From: a virus
DNA length: 64,000 bases
Strand: one strand, 5' to 3'
Virus record (IMG/VR): IMGVR_UViG_3300028394_000038
The position numbers and the translations under genes are program-made. Under the pieces are notes generated by a model. It was not told the origin of the DNA, ran no database searches, and worked only from the letters and a program-made list of their open reading frames with translations. Numbering within the stretch: position 1 is the stretch's first letter; each line of letters begins with the position of its first letter. Shown here piece after piece: positions 23,590 through 33,261 of this stretch.

Positions 23590-23638
23590 AACCCTGTCAG
23601 CTGTTTTGGTTGACAGGGTTTTCTTTTGAGTTTATAAT
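23590..23638 (+). promoter_or_regulatory. terminator hairpin overlapping a sigma70 promoter
   Basis: AACCCTGTCAGC/GTTGACAGGGTT plus T-rich tail; TTGACA(23610)-N17-TATAAT. Confidence 0.7.
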
Positions 23639-23644
23639 AGTTGT

Positions 23645-23872
23645 ATGTATAAAATAATAGGAAAAGCAGAAACGTTCAAAGTTCTTACACTTGCTGAAGC
23701 AATGAACATTGCCAAAAGCATGAACGAGTTTGTAAGAATCGTTGGAACAGATTTTGAAATTGTAGGCATATTTGGAGTAGACACAGTCAAAGATGGCGTG
23801 TGCCCAGATGGCGTTGCTTACGATTGGAACAAAGCCGGCCGTATAGGTCGCGTTAAAAAGGAAAGAACATAA
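23645..23872 (+). CDS. hypothetical protein
   Basis: 75 aa ORF just after the -10 box. Confidence 0.65.
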   Translation: MYKIIGKAETFKVLTLAEAMNIAKSMNEFVRIVGTDFEIVGIFGVDTVKDGVCPDGVAYDWNKAGRIGRVKKERT

Positions 23873-24348
23873 TGCCATGGATTGAAAATATACCGTTGGA
23901 AAATGTAGCAAAAGGACAACACCATGCCTGCGGCGAGAACAGTATGCTAATACAGATCTCGGATCATGACATGGCATTCCCTACACCTAAGCATCAGTTC
24001 AAAGAAGTTCATCAGTTTATATTTTTGGATATTGAAGAAGAAGGCGATTTCGCCATTACAGATGAACAAGCCAAACAACTTGTGGCTCTTTTACAACATG
24101 CATTTGAGAATCGGATGAATGTTGTTGTTCACTGTCACGCAGGCATTTGCCGCTCGGGTGCGGTCTGTGAGGTCGGAGTCATGATGGGCTTTGCAGATTG
24201 CGGACGTTTCAGGATGCCTAACTTGTTAGTCAAGCATAAAATGATGCGGGTGCTAGGGTGGACATACGACAGCGAAGAAAAGTCCTATGATGTACACGGA
24301 AGTGTTAACGAGTGGGGCTTTATTACTCCAAAGAATCCGGTTGACTAA
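23872..24348 (+). CDS. protein-tyrosine/dual-specificity phosphatase-like protein
   Basis: VHCHAGICRS CX5R motif. Confidence 0.85.
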   Translation: MPWIENIPLENVAKGQHHACGENSMLIQISDHDMAFPTPKHQFKEVHQFIFLDIEEEGDFAITDEQAKQLVALLQHAFENRMNVVVHCHAGICRSGAVCEVGVMMGFADCGRFRMPNLLVKHKMMRVLGWTYDSEEKSYDVHGSVNEWGFITPKNPVD

Positions 24349-24369
24349 CTAGCGGAATGATGTTATAAT
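24341..24369 (+). promoter_or_regulatory. sigma70-type promoter
   Basis: TTGACT-N17-TATAAT. Confidence 0.7.
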
Positions 24370-24395
24370 AACGTTATAGTAACAAGGAGCGCACA

Positions 24396-24797
24396 ATGGA
24401 CATTCGAGTTGAAGCACGTAGCCCAAAGAAGAAGAAGTTTATAGAAGCTATTCTTCCTTCAATAGTTACACAGCTTGGTTTGGATAACAGCAGAAAATCT
24501 GTTTTGATCAGTCTTGAGCAAGACTGTGCGGGTATGGGTTTTACTTTACCTCTTGATGCTCTCGATAGTTACGTGGTAGTTATTAAGCCTTCATTGAGCA
24601 TTAAGGATATCGGACTCACACTTGCACACGAGATGGTTCATGTGCGACAGTTTGCCAAAGGTATTCTTAAAGTAAAGAATGGAGTGAACTATTGGAAGGG
24701 TAAACGGTTTACCAAGCGAACCAAGTATTTGGATCAGCCCTGGGAACAAGATGCCTTTGCAAGACAAGAAATCATTTTTAGAAAATCAATCGAGTAA
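24396..24797 (+). CDS. HExxH metallopeptidase-like protein
   Basis: LAHEMVHVRQ, PWEQDA. Confidence 0.75.
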   Translation: MDIRVEARSPKKKKFIEAILPSIVTQLGLDNSRKSVLISLEQDCAGMGFTLPLDALDSYVVVIKPSLSIKDIGLTLAHEMVHVRQFAKGILKVKNGVNYWKGKRFTKRTKYLDQPWEQDAFARQEIIFRKSIE

Positions 24798-24807
24798 AGG
24801 ATACTAA

Positions 24808-24981
24808 ATGGCAGGCAAAGCAAAATCAGTTTATCTAACGATAACTAAAAAAGGTTCAATGAAAACAGAGTTTCATAGAATGTTTTTTGATGCTAAAGGC
24901 TTTAACGAGTACGTTAAATCGGAAGAATTCAAAGCCAAATGGCCTGCTAGTGAGTATAATATTATAAAAGAAGTTTATTAA
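24808..24981 (+). CDS. small hypothetical protein (57 aa), not in ORF track
   Basis: MAGKAKSVYLTITKKG...; AAGGA RBS. Confidence 0.6.
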   Translation: MAGKAKSVYLTITKKGSMKTEFHRMFFDAKGFNEYVKSEEFKAKWPASEYNIIKEVY

Positions 24982-24996
24982 AGAAAGGAGGCAGAT

Positions 24997-25602
24997 ATGC
25001 CAAGTGTATTCTTAGTAAGCGACACGCACTTTGGTCACACTGGTGTTTGCCGCTTTACCCGTAACGATGGAGTTACAAAGTTACGTCCGTGGGACGATGC
25101 AGATGAGATGGATGAAGCCATGGTTAAGGCTTGGAACGAAAGAGTCAAGCCCACTGACAAGGTCTATCACTTAGGTGACGTGGTTATTAACCGCAAGGCA
25201 TTGAAAGTCTTAAGTCGCTTAAACGGCGACAAGGTCTTAATCCGCGGTAACCACGACATCTTCCGTGACGACGAGTACAGGCAGTACTTTAGAGAGTTAC
25301 GTGCATATCATGTTATGAACGGAATGATCTTAAGTCACATTCCTTTACACTCGGATTCAATGGGACGTTTTGGTGTTAACATTCACGGACATACTCACGC
25401 AAACCGTGTCAAGAAGGCCCGAGGTGTTGATGCTAAAACAGGAGAGATCTTATACAGTGATATGAACGATGTCCGCTACCACTGCGTGTGTGTAGAACAG
25501 ACCCCGGACTTTGCTCCTATCTTGTTTGAAGATGTTATCCGTAACATCGAAGCTGAAGGTGGAAGTGTTGGATTTAAAAACGGGAACGGGCCTACAATGT
25601 AG
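24997..25602 (+). CDS. calcineurin-like metallophosphoesterase
   Basis: SDTHFGH, LGD, GNHD, SHIP, HGHTH. Confidence 0.88.
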   Translation: MPSVFLVSDTHFGHTGVCRFTRNDGVTKLRPWDDADEMDEAMVKAWNERVKPTDKVYHLGDVVINRKALKVLSRLNGDKVLIRGNHDIFRDDEYRQYFRELRAYHVMNGMILSHIPLHSDSMGRFGVNIHGHTHANRVKKARGVDAKTGEILYSDMNDVRYHCVCVEQTPDFAPILFEDVIRNIEAEGGSVGFKNGNGPTM

Positions 25603-25623
25603 GCTCGTTTTTAAGGAGTTAAT

Positions 25624-25815
25624 ATGATTAGATTAAACGTATTTGAATTGGATAAGATCAAAAAGATCTGTGAAGAAGTTGGCACAGAATACTTTGTGTT
25701 AGAACAGACTGCTGATACAGGCATTGGTAGTATTCTTACACTGACCTATGACACAGAGATTGCAGATTATCCTGCAAAGATTTCTATCGAAGTATCAGGT
25801 GTAGAGAGCTGGTAA
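25624..25815 (+). CDS. hypothetical protein
   Basis: 63 aa; AAGGAG. Confidence 0.6.
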   Translation: MIRLNVFELDKIKKICEEVGTEYFVLEQTADTGIGSILTLTYDTEIADYPAKISIEVSGVESW

Positions 25816-26072
25816 TGAACGAGCGAATCAAAGAACTTTTAAATCAGGCTACTACTGATGCCTTGTATGAAACTAAAGATGCCGTTGACTTCTTAGATAA
25901 TCCTGTGTCAAAACAACAACGTGAATTACAGTTGGAAAAGTTCGCCGAGTTGATTGTGAAAGAATGTGCCAATCATTGTGATTTACTATTAGATCATAAG
26001 ATTAGTTCAGAATGGTCAAGAGGAACACACGATTGTTCCAGAGCGATTAAGAAACATTTCGGAGTTGAATGA
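25815..26072 (+). CDS. phage hypothetical protein
   Basis: MNERIKEL...EKFAELIVKEC...KKHFGVE pattern. Confidence 0.7.
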   Translation: MNERIKELLNQATTDALYETKDAVDFLDNPVSKQQRELQLEKFAELIVKECANHCDLLLDHKISSEWSRGTHDCSRAIKKHFGVE

Positions 26073-26239
26073 TGAAAATTAAGTTTGATAAAGATACAAT
26101 GCCTGACGAACTGTACAATGCGCTACTAAAGCATTTTGTAAACGAAGCAGTTGGTCTCGGCGTAGAAGTCAACAAGTTTACCGAGTTTACCAACTGGGTT
26201 ATCGAGTGTGAAGTAGATGTGAAAGAAGCGGTGCATTAA
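26072..26239 (+). CDS. small hypothetical protein, not in ORF track
   Basis: MKIKFDKDTMPDELYN...; coupled to both neighbours. Confidence 0.55.
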   Translation: MKIKFDKDTMPDELYNALLKHFVNEAVGLGVEVNKFTEFTNWVIECEVDVKEAVH

Positions 26240-26718
26240 TGCCTAAGTGTTATCAACTTATTGGAGTTCCGGGTGCAGGAAAATCCACTTGGTATAAAAA
26301 TCAAGACTGGTTAGGTGAGGATAAAAAGGATCACAAGTATGTTTCAACCGATCAGCATGTTGAAGGATATGCTAAGGATCAAGGTAAAACATACAGTGAA
26401 GTGTTTACAGAATATATGCCCACTGCTGTCCAGCAAATGATGGTAAATGTTAACATGGCATGTGCATTTCAGATGGACATTGTATGGGATCAGACTAGTA
26501 CTACTATCGCAAGTCGGGCTCGCAAGTTTAATGCCTTACCTGATTATGAGCATATCGCCATAGTGTTTCGTACTCCTGAACATAAAGAACTTATGCGTCG
26601 ATTAGAAAGTCGGTGGGAGGATGGCAAGATTATTCCTGAAAATGTTATTACTAGTATGATTGCCAGTTGGGAAGAACCTACTACTGAAGAAGGATTCAAA
26701 GAGATTTGGTATGTATGA
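26239..26718 (+). CDS. P-loop kinase (AAA_33 / polynucleotide kinase-like)
   Basis: GVPGAGKST, VSTD, VWDQTS, EEGF. Confidence 0.8.
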   Translation: MPKCYQLIGVPGAGKSTWYKNQDWLGEDKKDHKYVSTDQHVEGYAKDQGKTYSEVFTEYMPTAVQQMMVNVNMACAFQMDIVWDQTSTTIASRARKFNALPDYEHIAIVFRTPEHKELMRRLESRWEDGKIIPENVITSMIASWEEPTTEEGFKEIWYV

Positions 26719-26796
26719 TAACCAACATGGAGATAATTTTTAGAAGGTAATGATAAGTATTCTTACTTGTCGTTACCTTTTTTTTTTGAATTTTAA

Positions 26797-27147
26797 ATGC
26801 TAACTATCCTTTCCCTACTGCTACTCAAACATTGGTACGTTGACTTTGTACAACAGACCAGCGAACATATTCAGCACAAGGGCACGTACGGGCATCCAAA
26901 AGGTATTGAACACTCATTGTGGCATGGCCTTTATACTGCACTTATATTCTTTTTGGTCTTGTCTTTTGAAGAAGCTGTCTTATTAGGTTTGGCTGATTTC
27001 GTCTTGCATTATCATATAGATTATGTTAAAATACAGTACGGAGAGAAAGATTTGAAAGAGAAAAGATTCTGGAGTCACTTTGGACTAGATCAATTTGCTC
27101 ATCAAATCACTTATATTTTATTAACAGCAATCGCGATGGGACTTTAA
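26797..27147 (+). CDS. DUF3307-like membrane protein
   Basis: KHWYVDF, HYHIDY, GLDQFAHQ. Confidence 0.75.
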   Translation: MLTILSLLLLKHWYVDFVQQTSEHIQHKGTYGHPKGIEHSLWHGLYTALIFFLVLSFEEAVLLGLADFVLHYHIDYVKIQYGEKDLKEKRFWSHFGLDQFAHQITYILLTAIAMGL

Positions 27148-27635
27148 TGGCACAGCATTTAATGGTGGACTTGGAGACACTAGATACAAAAACTTCAGCA
27201 ACTATCCTAACTCTAGGAGCAGTGAGGTTTGATCCATTTACTAATGCTCCAATGAAAGAGCTTTATCTACGTGTAGACATTGACAGTCAAGACAAACTAG
27301 GCTGTACAGTCAGTGACGACACGCTCAAATGGTGGAGTTCCCAAAATACAGATGTTAAAGAAGAAGCATTTAATCCTCTTAACCGTATTCCAATCCATGA
27401 AGTTATTAATCAATTCCATGCACTAGCTTGGGGCTGTAGTCACTTTTGGTCACACGGTGCCACATTTGACTTGATGATTTTACAGAACATTTATGAAAAA
27501 TTAGGTCGTGCATACCCGTGGAACTTCTGGGAGATGCGAGATACTCGTACCTTATTTGAGTTAGCAGATCCGGATATGCCACAAGACTCAAAACACAATG
27601 CCTTAGAAGATGCAAAACGTCAAGCAATTGAGTGA
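27147..27635 (+). CDS. DEDDh 3'-5' exonuclease (C terminus possibly frameshifted)
   Basis: DLET, GATFD, RDTRT, HNALEDA. Confidence 0.85.
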   Translation: MAQHLMVDLETLDTKTSATILTLGAVRFDPFTNAPMKELYLRVDIDSQDKLGCTVSDDTLKWWSSQNTDVKEEAFNPLNRIPIHEVINQFHALAWGCSHFWSHGATFDLMILQNIYEKLGRAYPWNFWEMRDTRTLFELADPDMPQDSKHNALEDAKRQAIE

Positions 27636-27638
27636 AGA

Positions 27639-28226
27639 ATGTCTATAGAAAAATTGGATTTACCGGATACAAACGCTAAGGTCAGTTCTAGTCCCGAGCG
27701 TCATACCTTCCAAAAAGAAGGATATATCAAAAACTGTGAGGAAGAGGGCAAAGAACCAAATCCCGACTATGTTAATATGTACAAGACTTGGCGAGAACAG
27801 GATGAAGAAAATCTAAAAGATCCTGCTTGGCAAAAGGATAATCTCGAGTATGATCTTCGTAGCACCTCTTGGATATTAGAGAAAGCTCGTGCTAGCGAAA
27901 ACTATGCCCAAAATATCTATGCCGCGTTATGTAATATGCGTTGGCAACGTATTGGCATGTGGCCTGCTCTTAAAGATGAATACTGGTCTTGTAGTTGGAG
28001 AAGTGCAGGCGGGGTTGTTTCTGACATGTTAGGAACAGGTGACTATATTGATTGGTATTGTAGTGGCATTGGTAGTCAAGACACTGGATACGGATTAAGT
28101 GATAAGAAGCCAGAATTAGAAGCTGATGGAAGAACCTATGTACCGGAAGGTGTAGTAACTGAAGAAATACGCAAAGACTTCCAAACACTAGGATGGGTAC
28201 CTAGTGAATGGCCAGACGAAGATTAA
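27639..28226 (+). CDS. phage hypothetical protein
   Basis: YAQNIYAALCN, SCSWRSAGG, DYIDWYCSG. Confidence 0.7.
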   Translation: MSIEKLDLPDTNAKVSSSPERHTFQKEGYIKNCEEEGKEPNPDYVNMYKTWREQDEENLKDPAWQKDNLEYDLRSTSWILEKARASENYAQNIYAALCNMRWQRIGMWPALKDEYWSCSWRSAGGVVSDMLGTGDYIDWYCSGIGSQDTGYGLSDKKPELEADGRTYVPEGVVTEEIRKDFQTLGWVPSEWPDED

Positions 28227-28234
28227 ATACATAT

Positions 28235-28402
28235 ATGAAAACAACTTATCTAGTAGAAGAACTATTTGAAGACATTGAAGGCGATCCCGACAATGTCATA
28301 TTTAAAATCCCACCAGAAATCTGTGAAGCACAAGGTTGGAAAGAAGGCGATACCATGCACATTGAAGCCAGTGATGGACAACTAATTATCAAAAAAGTAT
28401 GA
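28235..28402 (+). CDS. AbrB-like small protein
   Basis: FKIPPEICEAQGWKEGD; track ORF 28208..28402. Confidence 0.55.
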   Translation: MKTTYLVEELFEDIEGDPDNVIFKIPPEICEAQGWKEGDTMHIEASDGQLIIKKV

Positions 28403-28614
28403 GCAAAGAAGAGTTGATTGAGTTGGAAGGTACCATTTCCGAAGTACTTCCGGCTAATATGTTTCGCGTTACTTTGGAAAATCAGCATGTGATCACATGC
28501 TATACAAACGGCAGACTTCGCCAAAATAAAATCAAAATGATTCTAGCAGATCGAGTTCGGGTAGAAATGTCACCATACGATATGTCCAAAGGACGTATAA
28601 CATACAGATTGTGA
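28399..28614 (+). CDS. infA: translation initiation factor IF-1
   Basis: IELEGTISEVLPANMFRV...EMSPYDMSKGRITYR. Confidence 0.93.
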   Translation: MSKEELIELEGTISEVLPANMFRVTLENQHVITCYTNGRLRQNKIKMILADRVRVEMSPYDMSKGRITYRL

Positions 28615-28615
28615 C

Positions 28616-28644
28616 TTGACTTTTAGTTAAGTTGAAGTTATAAT
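28616..28644 (+). promoter_or_regulatory. sigma70-type promoter
   Basis: TTGACT-N17-TATAAT. Confidence 0.7.
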
Positions 28645-28741
28645 TGTATTAAGGTTGAAACAGAATGTATGGAATAGGTCCATACATTGATCGTAGTAAA
28701 CCTATTAATGCTGTAAATTAAGTCAGCGAAAAGGAAACATC

Positions 28742-29938
28742 ATGGCAACAATGACTCTCGTCGCCAAACAAGCTCGCGCAACTAAGGCCAAGCCTTACAA
28801 TAAAAAACAAGCAATAAATGCTTTTGTAAAAAAATTCAAACACCAGTTTGAAATGAAGGACGATGCAATCGACCTTCGCGAAATGGCAAAGAATTATACA
28901 AACAACACGATCCCGCTTGAAGATATTCATCAAGCAATTTTGACAGTCTTAGGTCCAAAGTTCAGTAATCGAACTGTTACACCTTACGACCCAAGTGGCG
29001 GCGCAACCATTACGTACCACAATAAATCAATTAGCCCACGCTTTGGCTACATCATGTGGGACCAAGCATACCTCTGGACTGTGTTCCAACGTGACGTTGC
29101 TCCTAACCATTGCGAAAAAATTGACCGTGATTGGGATCACACCTGTGCTATTGTGCCTTGTGCCATTCGTCTTACTCTTAAAGACGGCACAGTAATTTAC
29201 TGTATCTGGGACGGACACCATACTATTCAAGTAATGAAATTACAGGGCTATACTAGTTTCCCAGTTTGGTATATTGACATTGATCATATTTTGGACGAAG
29301 AAGTAGAAGATGCAGGTTTTGAAGCCACTGACGATGGTCGCATTGCTTATGGCGCTTACCTTGCTGGTACTAACATGCGTATGATCAACGGCAAAAACAA
29401 ACGCCAGTTGAGTGCATATGATGACTTTATGATTGGTCTTGAAACTAAAGACCCACAATATGTTAGCATGATGAATATTTTGCGTAAACATAGTTGTGTG
29501 CCAAAACGTCACGCAACCTGCGCTGGCGCCTTTACGCAGATTAAGTCAGGTATGGAATGCTACGACTTTGATAAGGGAGTTAGTTGGGAACGTGCTCTTC
29601 GATTGCACCGCACTAACTGGACTGCCGCACCACTTACATTAGAGGTGTTTCGTCCGCTAAGTATGTTGTTCCATCGTGCCGCATTGGAAGGCTTTGACCT
29701 TGACGAGAACTTTGAAATTGAACTTATGTCAATGTTAGTCGGACGTTGGGGCGACCCTGAGAGTGTTCAAGAAGGCATTAAGGAAAGCTATTGGAAGGCT
29801 TACAATACTGTTGGTAAGTTAAAGGGTAATATTCCAGAGCACGATAAAGAACGTGTGCTTGCAGGATTGATTAACTTTTATCGCCAAAAAGGCGGCAAAA
29901 CAATGTTGCCAGAACCCATGTGCCAGTGGAAGGTGTAA
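28742..29938 (+). CDS. ParB/Srx-like (DGQHR-type) domain protein
   Basis: FQR...IWDGHHT. Confidence 0.6.
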   Translation: MATMTLVAKQARATKAKPYNKKQAINAFVKKFKHQFEMKDDAIDLREMAKNYTNNTIPLEDIHQAILTVLGPKFSNRTVTPYDPSGGATITYHNKSISPRFGYIMWDQAYLWTVFQRDVAPNHCEKIDRDWDHTCAIVPCAIRLTLKDGTVIYCIWDGHHTIQVMKLQGYTSFPVWYIDIDHILDEEVEDAGFEATDDGRIAYGAYLAGTNMRMINGKNKRQLSAYDDFMIGLETKDPQYVSMMNILRKHSCVPKRHATCAGAFTQIKSGMECYDFDKGVSWERALRLHRTNWTAAPLTLEVFRPLSMLFHRAALEGFDLDENFEIELMSMLVGRWGDPESVQEGIKESYWKAYNTVGKLKGNIPEHDKERVLAGLINFYRQKGGKTMLPEPMCQWKV

Positions 29939-29939
29939 C

Positions 29940-30350
29940 ATGAGATTTTCATTAATGAAAAACTGGGCACCAAAGTGTGCTCACGAAGATTGTAATACCC
30001 CGGTTAGCTATCACGATAAGGGAATAAAGACAGACGGTACTCCCTGGGCTAAATGGAAATCTTTTTGTGACCACCATCGAACAATAGGAAAGGCCACACG
30101 TGACCTTTTTATAAAGTCAAGAGGAGGTTGCGAGAATCGCGATGCTAGATTAGGTTGGGTATGCGGAGATCCTACAACTCCAAGTTTAACAATCGACCAT
30201 TGGGACGGAAACAAACATAATAACAATCAAGATAATCTTGTTGTTCTATGTGCAAACTGTCATAACGAAAAGAGTAAAAAGTTTAAAGATACAGTACAGA
30301 GGTATACAAACTATAATACTCGTTTCCATGAATTATTTGAGGAAGTATAA
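29940..30350 (+). CDS. HNH endonuclease
   Basis: IDHWDGNKHNN...LCANCH. Confidence 0.8.
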   Translation: MRFSLMKNWAPKCAHEDCNTPVSYHDKGIKTDGTPWAKWKSFCDHHRTIGKATRDLFIKSRGGCENRDARLGWVCGDPTTPSLTIDHWDGNKHNNNQDNLVVLCANCHNEKSKKFKDTVQRYTNYNTRFHELFEEV

Positions 30351-30352
30351 AA

Positions 30353-30769
30353 ATGGAAGACTGGAAATTATTCTATATCTTTAAGGATCCAATGGGATCT
30401 GTAGATAGTAAAATTGGAATTACCGGTCATCCTGCTGTGCGCCTTGGCGTCTATCAAAACAGCTACAGTCGTAAAAGTCATGTAGCTTGTTTTGATGTGA
30501 TGTATGTTGGGCCAAGCAGGGCAGTGGCTAATCTTGAAAAAGCAGTTAAACAAAAGTTTGATTGGCATATTGAGCGTGACGGACGTGGAGCCAGTGAATG
30601 GATTAGCCAAACTCATACTAGTATTGAACAGCAAATTGATGAGCTTATTGAAGGCTATCAGTTTAAAGTTCAAAAAGTACCCAAAACGTACCTACCAGTA
30701 AATGTTGATAATTTAGATCGCTTGATTCTAGATTATAACCTTATTAAAAAAGTCGATTTGAAATCTTAA
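30353..30769 (+). CDS. GIY-YIG-like protein
   Basis: FYIF...KIGIT...RL..YQ...LE. Confidence 0.55.
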   Translation: MEDWKLFYIFKDPMGSVDSKIGITGHPAVRLGVYQNSYSRKSHVACFDVMYVGPSRAVANLEKAVKQKFDWHIERDGRGASEWISQTHTSIEQQIDELIEGYQFKVQKVPKTYLPVNVDNLDRLILDYNLIKKVDLKS

Positions 30770-30785
30770 TACACCAAGGACTAAA

Positions 30786-31016
30786 ATGAAAGTAGTTAGC
30801 ATATCAGATAAGAGTAAAGAAAAAAAGAAAGCAGATCTTTTAGAGATTCTTGATCATCTACGTGCCCAAGTAGAAGAAGGCACCATAACAGAGTTTGTGG
30901 CCGCCAGCATGGACGAGGATGGTGACGTACAAATACATGCGGCCTGTGCAGATTTTCCGGGTGCGGTTGGCTTGTTTGAAATTGGTAAACACATTCTAAT
31001 TACACAGGACGCATAA
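30786..31016 (+). CDS. hypothetical protein
   Basis: 76 aa; AAGGA. Confidence 0.65.
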   Translation: MKVVSISDKSKEKKKADLLEILDHLRAQVEEGTITEFVAASMDEDGDVQIHAACADFPGAVGLFEIGKHILITQDA

Positions 31017-31714
31017 TGGCTAGTTTGAAAGAGATGCCGTTTACGGTAGTCGAGGCGCTGACCTTTGCCTGTTGTATCTACAGAGAAAAAGGCTATACCA
31101 GCACCAGCAGTTATACGGCAGGGGATCAGCAGAGTTATACCAACAAGGACATGCTGACCTTTGAACTCTTGCCACAACTTGCCGGCAGTACATATCTGTT
31201 AAAGTTTACGCCTACAGTAGAAGACATTGATCAAGCATTAGCTATTATTAAACACTTTCGAAAACTTAGTTTTGGCGTTATTGGCGATACACTTAATGAT
31301 TACATGGGCAGAGTCTTCGGTGTTACTCAAAACGAAAATATTACTATGAAGGACTTTGGAGTATTAGCCAGTGTCCCGCAGGTATATGATCGTGAAATAA
31401 ATGAAAAGCAGGTCAAGGCCGCAATCAAAGATACAGTAAAAGCCTACTTGGGACAAGAAGGTGATACTATTGTACTCAATATTCGATACATACAAAGCAA
31501 ACCTGTACCTCAGATCGGATGTTTTAGCCATACTGCTATCACCGATGGCAACTATTTGGTAAGTTTTTTAAGCAAAGAGCTACTAGGCATTGCTGGTTCT
31601 AGTCAACAAATAAGAGCCAAAGTAAAAAAACACTCAGTAAACTTTACATCCAAAACGCCTGAAACACAATTAAATTATGTCAAAGTACTTGACAGAGAGT
31701 TCGTTTGGCAGTAA
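31016..31714 (+). CDS. phage hypothetical protein (possible C-terminal OB fold)
   Basis: 232 aa; ETQLNYVKV tail. Confidence 0.65.
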   Translation: MASLKEMPFTVVEALTFACCIYREKGYTSTSSYTAGDQQSYTNKDMLTFELLPQLAGSTYLLKFTPTVEDIDQALAIIKHFRKLSFGVIGDTLNDYMGRVFGVTQNENITMKDFGVLASVPQVYDREINEKQVKAAIKDTVKAYLGQEGDTIVLNIRYIQSKPVPQIGCFSHTAITDGNYLVSFLSKELLGIAGSSQQIRAKVKKHSVNFTSKTPETQLNYVKVLDREFVWQ

Positions 31715-31741
31715 AATGTAATTTTAAATAGAAAGAATACC

Positions 31742-33064
31742 ATGAGCGATCCTTGCTACACAGTTATTAGTACTTTAGAAGATCACCCAAGTCGTTTGAA
31801 TAAAGAAGCCATTATTTTGGCCCAAGCTGAAATGGGTAATAGAGAATTTTTTCATGGATGCCAACTAGCATTGGATCCCATGATAACTTTTGGTATCAAA
31901 CAAGTTCCGGAGAAAAAAGATGAAGATGGTCCTGGCTTACCTTGGGATAGTTTTACTCTCGCTCTTACTGGCTTTGTTACACGTCAAGTTACCGGTAATA
32001 CAGCACGTGATGTAATTCAAGCCATGATGAAATCCGCCACTAAAAAAGAGTGGAATGGCTGGTACCGTCGCATCCTTATTAAAGACCTGCGTTGCGGAAC
32101 TAGTGAAAAAACCATCAACAAAGTAGTGGAGAAGAAATATGCTGACTATGCTATTCCTGTATTCAGTTGTCAGCTTGCTCACGATAGTGCTAATCATGAG
32201 TCAAAGGTATCAGGTAAAAAACTCATCGAAGTTAAGCTCGACGGAGTTAGAGTTATTACTATTGTACGGTGTGATGGTCGGGTGGATATGTTCAGTCGCA
32301 ATGGTAAAGAACTTGTTAATTTTCCGCACATTGTAGAACAAATTAGTACAGTAGTTAAAAAAGCACCCCCTAAATATGATCTAGTGCTAGACGGTGAGAT
32401 TATGAGTAGCAGTTTTCAAGACTTAATGACACAGGTGCATCGCAAGAGTGATGTCAAGGCTAATGATGCGATTTTAAATCTATTTGACATGTGTCCATTG
32501 ACTGCCTTTGAACAAGGTACTTGGGATAAAAGTCAGACCCTTCGCAGTCAAATGGTGCAGGCATGGGTAGAAAAGAATCACACAGACTTACCTAATGTTA
32601 CTTGTCTTGCCAACGAACTAGTTGATTTAGATACTGCCAAAGGTCAGTTGCGTTATAAAGAAATCAATGCACAGGCAGTCACAGGCGGATATGAGGGCAT
32701 TATGATTAAAGATCCAGAAGCTGGATACGAATGTAAGCGTAGTGTAGCGTGGCTTAAACTTAAACCATTTATTGAAGTCTCTTTGGAGGTTAAAGATGTT
32801 GAAGAAGGTACAGGAAAAAATGTTGGACGTCTCGGCGCTCTTGTTTGCGAAGGTGTTGACGATGGTAAATCTATTTCAGTCAATGTGGGAAGTGGTTTTA
32901 CTGATGATCATCGCATTGAGTTTTGGGCTAGCAGGACTTTACTCCCTGGCAACATTGTAGAAGTCCGTGCAGATGCAGTAACACAGAATCAGGACGGTAC
33001 ATATAGTTTGCGTTTTCCACGTTTCAAAGGATTCCGTGGTTTTGAACTAGGAGAAAAGATATGA
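31742..33064 (+). CDS. ATP-dependent DNA ligase
   Basis: KLDGVR, LDGE, YEGIMIK, WLKLK, SLRFPRF. Confidence 0.93.
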   Translation: MSDPCYTVISTLEDHPSRLNKEAIILAQAEMGNREFFHGCQLALDPMITFGIKQVPEKKDEDGPGLPWDSFTLALTGFVTRQVTGNTARDVIQAMMKSATKKEWNGWYRRILIKDLRCGTSEKTINKVVEKKYADYAIPVFSCQLAHDSANHESKVSGKKLIEVKLDGVRVITIVRCDGRVDMFSRNGKELVNFPHIVEQISTVVKKAPPKYDLVLDGEIMSSSFQDLMTQVHRKSDVKANDAILNLFDMCPLTAFEQGTWDKSQTLRSQMVQAWVEKNHTDLPNVTCLANELVDLDTAKGQLRYKEINAQAVTGGYEGIMIKDPEAGYECKRSVAWLKLKPFIEVSLEVKDVEEGTGKNVGRLGALVCEGVDDGKSISVNVGSGFTDDHRIEFWASRTLLPGNIVEVRADAVTQNQDGTYSLRFPRFKGFRGFELGEKI

Positions 33065-33261
33065 CAGAAATCAGTAGAGTCTCTGCTCAAAATGCAGAGA
33101 TTCAAAAACAGATAGAGATTAAAAAACTAGACAAACGGCACGAGGAACTTCGTATTGAAGAACAACGTGTCAAATTAAATCTCAAAGATAATGAAGAAAA
33201 ACGAATTGAAATGAATCGCCGGATGAATCGTCCGGGACAAAATATAGATAGGATAGCATAA
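33061..33261 (+). CDS. small coiled-coil protein
   Basis: 66 aa, coupled to neighbours. Confidence 0.55.
   Translation: MTEISRVSAQNAEIQKQIEIKKLDKRHEELRIEEQRVKLNLKDNEEKRIEMNRRMNRPGQNIDRIA

Noticed and set aside
26778-26787. T10 homopolymer as a phase-variation site
   Set aside because: Intergenic, not in a promoter spacer, and may be terminator-like or a sequencing artefact.
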